This document shows positions 27,386 through 32,000 of a stretch of 32,000 nt of DNA, one piece after another. The position numbers were made by a program, and so were the translations under genes. The number at the start of each line of letters is the position of its first letter. Position 1 is the stretch's first letter. The notes under the pieces were generated by a model that saw only the letters and a program-made list of their open reading frames with translations, made no database searches and was not told the origin of the DNA. The stretch comes from Alkalilimnicola ehrlichii MLHE-1 (GTDB lineage: Bacteria; Pseudomonadota; Gammaproteobacteria; Nitrococcales; Halorhodospiraceae). The stretch spans positions 2,820,001 to 2,852,000 of the forward strand of contig NC_008340.1 in assembly GCF_000014785.1 (NCBI RefSeq), in the 5' to 3' direction.

Positions 27386-27593
27386 GTTGGTGCGGGCGCC
27401 GGGGCGGGGATCGTCCGCTGGGGCGACTTATGCGCACCGAGCAACGCAGGGAAAAATCGGGAAAAGCGCGTGCCTGTTCGAGCGAAGCGAGTTCACGCGC
27501 GCCGATTTTTCCCGAGTAGCGCAGGGAACCCCCGAAGGGGGTGCGCATTTGGAGCCCCGGGGGACGACCCCCCGCCCCGGCGCCCGCGCCAAC
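27386..27593. repeat. Nested inverted-repeat (foldback) element of about 208 bp, candidate MITE-like or structured dispersed repeat
   Basis: Outer arms 27386..27416 and 27562..27593 match at 29 of 31 aligned positions plus one 1-nt gap. Nested arms: 27430..27438/27540..27548 ATGCGCACC, 27449..27460/27502..27513 GGGAAAAATCGG, 27466..27472/27494..27500 GCGCGTG. Small extra hairpin ACCCCC-GAA-GGGGGT at 27528..27542. Confidence 0.8.
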
Positions 27594-27619
27594 ACCACGA
27601 CTTGGTTTAGAATGGCCCC

Positions 27620-27988
27620 ATGGCCAAACGACTGATGAACCTTCGCAACGTCCCCACCGACGAGGCGGACGAGGTGCGCGACCTGCTGACCCGGGAAGGG
27701 ATCGATTTCTACGAGACGCCGCCCAACCGCTGGGGCCTGAGCGCCGGCGGTATCTGGCTGCGCGACGAGACCCAATACACCGAGGCCCGCCGCCTGCTGG
27801 ACGACTACCAGCGCGAACGCCAGCGCCGCGCGCGCGAGGCCTACGAACAACAAAGGCGGGACGGCACCGCCGAGACGGTGACCAGCCTGTTCCTGCGCAA
27901 CCCGCTCAAGGTGATCCTCTACCTGGGCATCGTCGGCACCATCCTCTACTTCTCCATCCGACCGTTCTTCTCCCTGGGGGCGGGCTGA
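27620..27988 (+). CDS. Small DUF6164-like conserved membrane-anchored protein
   Basis: MAKRLMNLRNVPTDEADEVRDLLTREGIDFYETPPNRWGLSAGGIWLRDETQYTEARRLLDDYQ... with C-terminal TM 'PLKVILYLGIVGTILYFSIRPFF'. Family assignment is from memory. Confidence 0.8.
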   Translation: MAKRLMNLRNVPTDEADEVRDLLTREGIDFYETPPNRWGLSAGGIWLRDETQYTEARRLLDDYQRERQRRAREAYEQQRRDGTAETVTSLFLRNPLKVILYLGIVGTILYFSIRPFFSLGAG

Positions 27989-28017
27989 CCGGCCCCCGCA
28001 ACGGATCAAGGGCTGCC

Positions 28018-29049
28018 ATGACCACTGCGCCACGCGACCTCTGGCCCCATTGCGGCTATACGACCCTGCAGGCCACCGCCGGCGGCCTGCGCCCCACGGC
28101 CGATCTCTACCGCCACCTGCTGCGCCGCCCTGAGCTTGCCCCGCCGGAAGAGGCCGCCGCGGCGGAACAACGTCTCCACCGCCGGCTGCTGGATGACCCC
28201 CTGCTGCCGCTCAACGCAACGGTGCTCCAGACCCTGGGCGACCCCGACGCCGAGGCCAATTACCAGGTCTACCGCGGGTTCCGCGACCTGCTCGAAGAGG
28301 CCGGTACCCTGGAGGTGGCCTACCTGCGCATCGCCCGTGGCCAGACCGACGGCCCGGTGCCCCCGGTGTTGATGGACTGGCTGGCCCAACTCATCGTCCG
28401 CCACCTGCTGGGCCCGCAGCCCGATGCCTTCCGCGCCCGCGCCGGCGAGCTCTTCTTCCGCGAGCAGAAGGTGGCCCTGGAAGGCGGTGTGGTGTTGGCC
28501 GACCACGCCTACCTGGAGACTCAACGGGGCACCCCCGGCGGCCCCGACATCCTCCAGTCGCTGCTGCGCGAGGCGCAGGGCCTGGCTGCGGATGGCCGGC
28601 CAACCCTGGACGTGCTGAACATGGAGACGGCAGCGCACTACCTGGAAGCGAGCGAGGCCCACGACCTGGCCTTGGATATCAGCTACGACAGCCCCGGTCT
28701 GCTGGCACTGGCCGGGCTGCTACGGGATTGGCTGTACCACTTCACCGGGCTGGAAGGCCGGCTGGCACCGGTGAAGGCCATCGACGACCATCGCTGGCGC
28801 TGGCATGTGGGCCTGGACGCCGCCAGTACCGATCTGCTCAACCGCCTCTACCAGGGGCACGAACCGCGCCCCGAGGAACAGCGCCAGATTCTGGCCCTGT
28901 TCACCCTGGAGTTGGACGACCAGGCACGGCTACGACCCGACGCGGTCGGCTACCCGGTGCACCTGGGGCTGGCGATGAGCCGCCAGGGTTTTCTGCGCCT
29001 CAAGCCGCAGAACTTGCTGATCAACCTGCCCCTGCGCGAGGACGGCTGA
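28018..29049 (+). CDS. Conserved uncharacterised protein (possibly DUF6352-type; tentative)
   Basis: Long ORF with normal coding bias: MTTAPRDLWPHCGYTTLQATAGGLRPTADLYRHLLRRPELAPPEEAAAAEQRLHRRLLDDPLLPL... 'NYQVYRGFRDLL', ends 'GFLRLKPQNLLINLPLREDG'. Confidence 0.8.
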   Translation: MTTAPRDLWPHCGYTTLQATAGGLRPTADLYRHLLRRPELAPPEEAAAAEQRLHRRLLDDPLLPLNATVLQTLGDPDAEANYQVYRGFRDLLEEAGTLEVAYLRIARGQTDGPVPPVLMDWLAQLIVRHLLGPQPDAFRARAGELFFREQKVALEGGVVLADHAYLETQRGTPGGPDILQSLLREAQGLAADGRPTLDVLNMETAAHYLEASEAHDLALDISYDSPGLLALAGLLRDWLYHFTGLEGRLAPVKAIDDHRWRWHVGLDAASTDLLNRLYQGHEPRPEEQRQILALFTLELDDQARLRPDAVGYPVHLGLAMSRQGFLRLKPQNLLINLPLREDG

Positions 29050-30013
29050 AGCCCGCCCGCAGCCGCTCGACCAGCGTAGGCTCCAGCCAGTAGCGGGGCC
29101 GCCAGGGCCGGCCGTGAACGAAACCCAGATGGCCGCCACCCGGGCTCAGGGCCAATCGCACCCAGGGTGACAGGGCGCCGGGCGGCGGCAGGGTGGCGGC
29201 CGGGCAGAAGGGGTCGTCGGCGGCGTTGATCATCAGCGTGGGCACCCGGATGCCATCCAGGCGCTGTTCCGGGGCACAGCGGCGGTAGTAATCGGCGGCG
29301 CCGGCAAAGCCATGGAGCGGGGCGGTGAGCCGGTCGTCGAAGGCCCACAGGCTGCGGACCCGCAGCGCCGCCTCGATCTGTGGCGGGGCGCAGCCAGCGG
29401 CCCGCTTGCGGCGCAGCATGGCCTTGAGGTCGCGGACCATGGCCCACTGGTAGAGGCGGGCGAACCCCTGATCCAGCCGGCGCGCGCATTCGGCGAGCCT
29501 CAGCGGGGCCGAGACCACCACCGCCGTCGCCACCCCGGCCTCTGCCCCCGTCCGGCCGAGCCAGTTCAAGGCCACAATCCCCCCCATGGAGAAGCCCACC
29601 AGCGCCAGCGGCCGGTCGGGGTGGCGACGGCGGATGTAATCCACGGCCTGTTGCAGATCGCCGGTCTCACCGGCATGGAAGAACCGGGGCAGACGGTTGG
29701 GCCGACCACCGGCGCCACGCGCCTCCATCACCACCGACCCCATCCCCGCCTGCGCCAGGGCGGCCTTAAGCGCGAGCACGTAGGTGGAGCGGGCGGAGCC
29801 GGCCAGGCCGTGCAAGATGAGCACCAGCGGGCCACCGGCCGGATCAGGCCCCCAGACGAGGTTCAGCACATCCCCATCCGGCAGGGCCAGACGCTCCGCC
29901 GCCTGCCGGACCCGGGGCGGCCGGCGGACCAGCGCCGGCCACAGGGTCTGGGCATGGGGGTTGGCCAGCCACGCCGGCGGGGTGAACGGCGGCGGGTTCA
30001 GCGGCTCAGGCAT
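29021..30013 (-). CDS. Alpha/beta hydrolase, YheT family
   Basis: 'PPAWLANPHAQTLWPALVRR', 'LILHGLAGSARSTYVLALKAALAQAGMGSVVMEARGAGG', 'PLALVGFSMGGIVALNWLG', 'PTLMINAADDPFCPAATLP', 'SPGGGHLGFV'. Confidence 0.93.
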   Translation of the reverse strand: MPEPLNPPPFTPPAWLANPHAQTLWPALVRRPPRVRQAAERLALPDGDVLNLVWGPDPAGGPLVLILHGLAGSARSTYVLALKAALAQAGMGSVVMEARGAGGRPNRLPRFFHAGETGDLQQAVDYIRRRHPDRPLALVGFSMGGIVALNWLGRTGAEAGVATAVVVSAPLRLAECARRLDQGFARLYQWAMVRDLKAMLRRKRAAGCAPPQIEAALRVRSLWAFDDRLTAPLHGFAGAADYYRRCAPEQRLDGIRVPTLMINAADDPFCPAATLPPPGALSPWVRLALSPGGGHLGFVHGRPWRPRYWLEPTLVERLRAGFSRPRAGAG

Positions 30014-31257
30014 TCCACCCGGTCACGTCCCAGGTGCTTGGCCCGGTACAGGGCCTCGTCGGCCCGCCGCACGAGGGTCCTGCAGGTGTCGTCATCGCGC
30101 AGGGCGCAGACCCCGAAACTGGCCGTCACCGGTGCGCCGTGGGGAAAGCGGTGGGCGGCCACCCGCTCGCGCAGCTTCTCCGCCAGCTCACCGGCCGCCG
30201 CCAGCGGCGTTTCCGGCAACAGCACCATGAACTCCTCCCCGCCCCAGCGGGCGACGGTGTCGGCGGTGCGCACGTTGGCCAGCACCAGCCCGGCCAGAGC
30301 CTGGAGCACGGCATCACCCGCCTCGTGGCCATGCGCGTCATTGACGGCCTTAAAGTGGTCCAGGTCAAACATCAGCAGGGACAGCGCACCACCATAGCGC
30401 CGGCAGCGCTCATAGTCCCGCTCCAGGAGTTGCTCGAAGCTGAGGCGGTTGGCCAGCCCAGTGAGGGCGTCGGTGGTGGCGGCACGCTTCAGTTCCTCCT
30501 CCATCCGCACCCGCTCCGTGATGTCCTTGCCGGTGGCCACGTAACGCACCACCTGGCCCTGGTCCGCCCGCACGGGGGTGATACTCTGCTCCAGGTAGAA
30601 CAGCGCTCCGGAACGGTTGCGGTTCAGGAAGGTGCCGCGGAAGGTCTCGCCGCGCTCCAAGGTGGTCCAAAGGTCCCGGTAAAAGCGGGCACTCTGCTCA
30701 CCGGAGTTGAGCACAGCCGGGGTCTCGCCGAGCACCTCATCGCGGCGGTACCCGGTGATTTGCTCGAAGCCGCGATTGACGTAGACGATGCACCCCTCGG
30801 TGTCGGTGATGAGGATGCTGGCAGCGGAGGACTCCACCGCGGTGCTCAACAGTCGCGCCTCCTGCTCCAACTCGCGCTCGTGGGTGACATCCCGCTGGAT
30901 CGACAACCAGGCGGTGATCCGGCCGCTATCGTCGCGCACCGGCGAGATCAACCACTCCACGTGGTAAGGCCGGCCGTCCTTGCGGTAATTGATGGCACTG
31001 CCCTCGAACCCCTGCCCCGCCGCCAGCCGCTGGCGCAGGGTCCGGAGCACCGCCGGATCGGTCGCCGCACCCTGCAGGATCTTGGGCGTGTGTCCGATCA
31101 GCTCCTCCCGCGTGTAGCCGGTCATGCGCTCGAAGGCGGCGTTGACATAACGGATCCGCTGCCCGGCACCCTCCAGCCCGGGGTCGGTGACCACGACGGC
31201 GTTGTAGGACTGCTCCACCGCCGCCCTCAACAGGCTCTCATCCAGCCCCTGCTCCAT
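29998..31257 (-). CDS. PAS-PAS-GGDEF diguanylate cyclase
   Basis: Two PAS domains ('NAVVVTDPGLEGAGQRIRYVNAAFERMTGYTREELIG', 'SILITDTEGCIVYVNRGFEQITGYRRDEVLG'), then 'DALTGLANR' and active-site 'RWGGEEFMVLLPET', with RTAD (RxxD) five residues upstream matching an I-site. Start at ATG 31257. Confidence 0.94.
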   Translation of the reverse strand: MEQGLDESLLRAAVEQSYNAVVVTDPGLEGAGQRIRYVNAAFERMTGYTREELIGHTPKILQGAATDPAVLRTLRQRLAAGQGFEGSAINYRKDGRPYHVEWLISPVRDDSGRITAWLSIQRDVTHERELEQEARLLSTAVESSAASILITDTEGCIVYVNRGFEQITGYRRDEVLGETPAVLNSGEQSARFYRDLWTTLERGETFRGTFLNRNRSGALFYLEQSITPVRADQGQVVRYVATGKDITERVRMEEELKRAATTDALTGLANRLSFEQLLERDYERCRRYGGALSLLMFDLDHFKAVNDAHGHEAGDAVLQALAGLVLANVRTADTVARWGGEEFMVLLPETPLAAAGELAEKLRERVAAHRFPHGAPVTASFGVCALRDDDTCRTLVRRADEALYRAKHLGRDRVECLSR

Positions 31258-31465
31258 ATCCGGACCTCGACCATGGGTGTCCCTAAGGTGTTTATGGTAG
31301 CGGATGTCGGCTCCGATTGTTCGGTGTGGTGGGGGAATGCCGCTGTGATGCAGTGACCGCCCCCTGCGACGCACCCTGATGTGCCATGATCATGGCGAGA
31401 CAAGCCATCCAGCGGGGTAACGGCCAGCGGCCCGCCACCACCCCGCGAGCGGAGGATCGCCGGTC

Positions 31466-32000
31466 ATGCCACAACCGCCCCAATCACCGCCCGCCCCCTC
31501 ACCTCGCCGGTCACAGCCGCGGGGCCGCCGCCCCCGCCCCGCGGACATCCGGGCGGTGCGGGCGGTATCCGGCGGCCTGCCCCCTACCCGGGACCTGCTC
31601 ATCGAACACCTGCACTGCCTGCAGGACCACTACGGCCACCTCAAGGCCGAGCACCTGGTGGCATTGGCCCACGAACTAAACCTCGCCCCGGCCGAGGTTT
31701 ATGAGGTGGCCACCTTCTACCACCACTTTGACGTGGTCCACGACAATGCGGCGCCACCACCGCCAATCACCGTCCGCGTCTGTGACGCCATCGGCTGCGC
31801 GCTCTCCGGCGCCGATGACCTGGTGCAGGCGTTGGAGGCCGGACTCGGGGACGGGGTGCGGGTCCAACGGGTGCCCTGCGTGGGCCGTTGCGACCAGGCC
31901 CCGGTGGCGGTGGTCGGGTGCAACCCGGTGGGGCAGGCATCGCTGGCGACGGTTCAGGCCCGGATCGCGCAACGGGCGCTGCGGCCCGAGCTGCCGGCAG
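31466..32000 (+). CDS. NuoE/FdsG-like [2Fe-2S] NAD-linked dehydrogenase 24 kDa / gamma subunit (3' truncated by window edge)
   Basis: 'LHCLQDHYGHLKAEHLVALAHELNLAPAEVYEVATFYHHFD', ligand Cys motifs 'VRVCDAIGC' (Cx4C) and 'CVGRC' (Cx3C). RBS GGAGG at about 31451. Confidence 0.88.
   Translation, partial: MPQPPQSPPAPSPRRSQPRGRRPRPADIRAVRAVSGGLPPTRDLLIEHLHCLQDHYGHLKAEHLVALAHELNLAPAEVYEVATFYHHFDVVHDNAAPPPPITVRVCDAIGCALSGADDLVQALEAGLGDGVRVQRVPCVGRCDQAPVAVVGCNPVGQASLATVQARIAQRALRPELPA

Noticed and set aside
27386-27593. Foldback element interpreted as a simple transcription terminator
   Set aside because: Too long, divergent gene context, nested arms and no U tract after the outer stem; a dispersed repeat is more plausible.
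26562-28033. ORFs on both strands running through the foldback element (26562..27635 +, 27428..28033 -, and the N-terminal extension of 26766..27548)
   Set aside because: They read through an intergenic inverted-repeat element or oppose supported genes; the peptides resemble repeat-derived spurious ORFs, and the glycine-zipper gene has a better start with signal peptide at 27281.
30034-31356. 440-aa plus-strand ORF opposite the GGDEF gene
   Set aside because: Shadow frame; the minus strand encodes well-formed PAS-PAS-GGEEF domains.
1-32000. CRISPR arrays, tRNA/rRNA genes, IS transposases, integrases, toxin-antitoxin or phage genes
   Set aside because: No regularly spaced direct repeats, no recognisable tRNA/rRNA sequence and no such protein motifs seen by eye; a tRNAscan/Infernal run would be needed for a firm negative.

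Overview
GC-rich gammaproteobacterial chromosomal segment, probably Ectothiorhodospiraceae-like (Alkalilimnicola/Halorhodospira-type, inferred from gene content and codon usage only). Most of the window is ordinary housekeeping and metabolic coding sequence: phoH-like, AI-2E/PerM-family transporter, BepA-like M48 protease, a class III PHA cluster (phaE-phaC on +, phaR-phaB on -), HDOD protein, pabB, acyl-CoA ligase, patatin, yebC, ruvC-ruvA, priA, a DnaJ-related protein, a FadL-type outer membrane protein, DsrE2-like protein, an RHH-TusA fusion, a DcaP-like porin, a DUF3179 protein, a PepSY/PhoP/PhoQ-like operon, a glycine-zipper protein, a YheT-type hydrolase, a PAS-PAS-GGDEF protein and a truncated NuoE/FdsG-like subunit. 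No rRNA, tRNA, CRISPR, IS element or phage was recognised. The best second-look items are: (1) a foldback element of about 208 bp at 27386..27593 with nested inverted repeats; (2) a gene fusing a ribbon-helix-helix-like domain to a TusA-type sulfurtransferase domain, downstream of dsrE2-like and fadL-like genes; (3) opposed, interleaved terminators between phaEC and phaB, with a possible small RNA and PhaR-like operator palindromes; (4) a 42-bp perfect palindrome at 1144..1185; (5) a DUF3179 gene overlapping a membrane protein gene with a MerT-like 'GSACCAP' motif. No clear new defence or mobile system was found.
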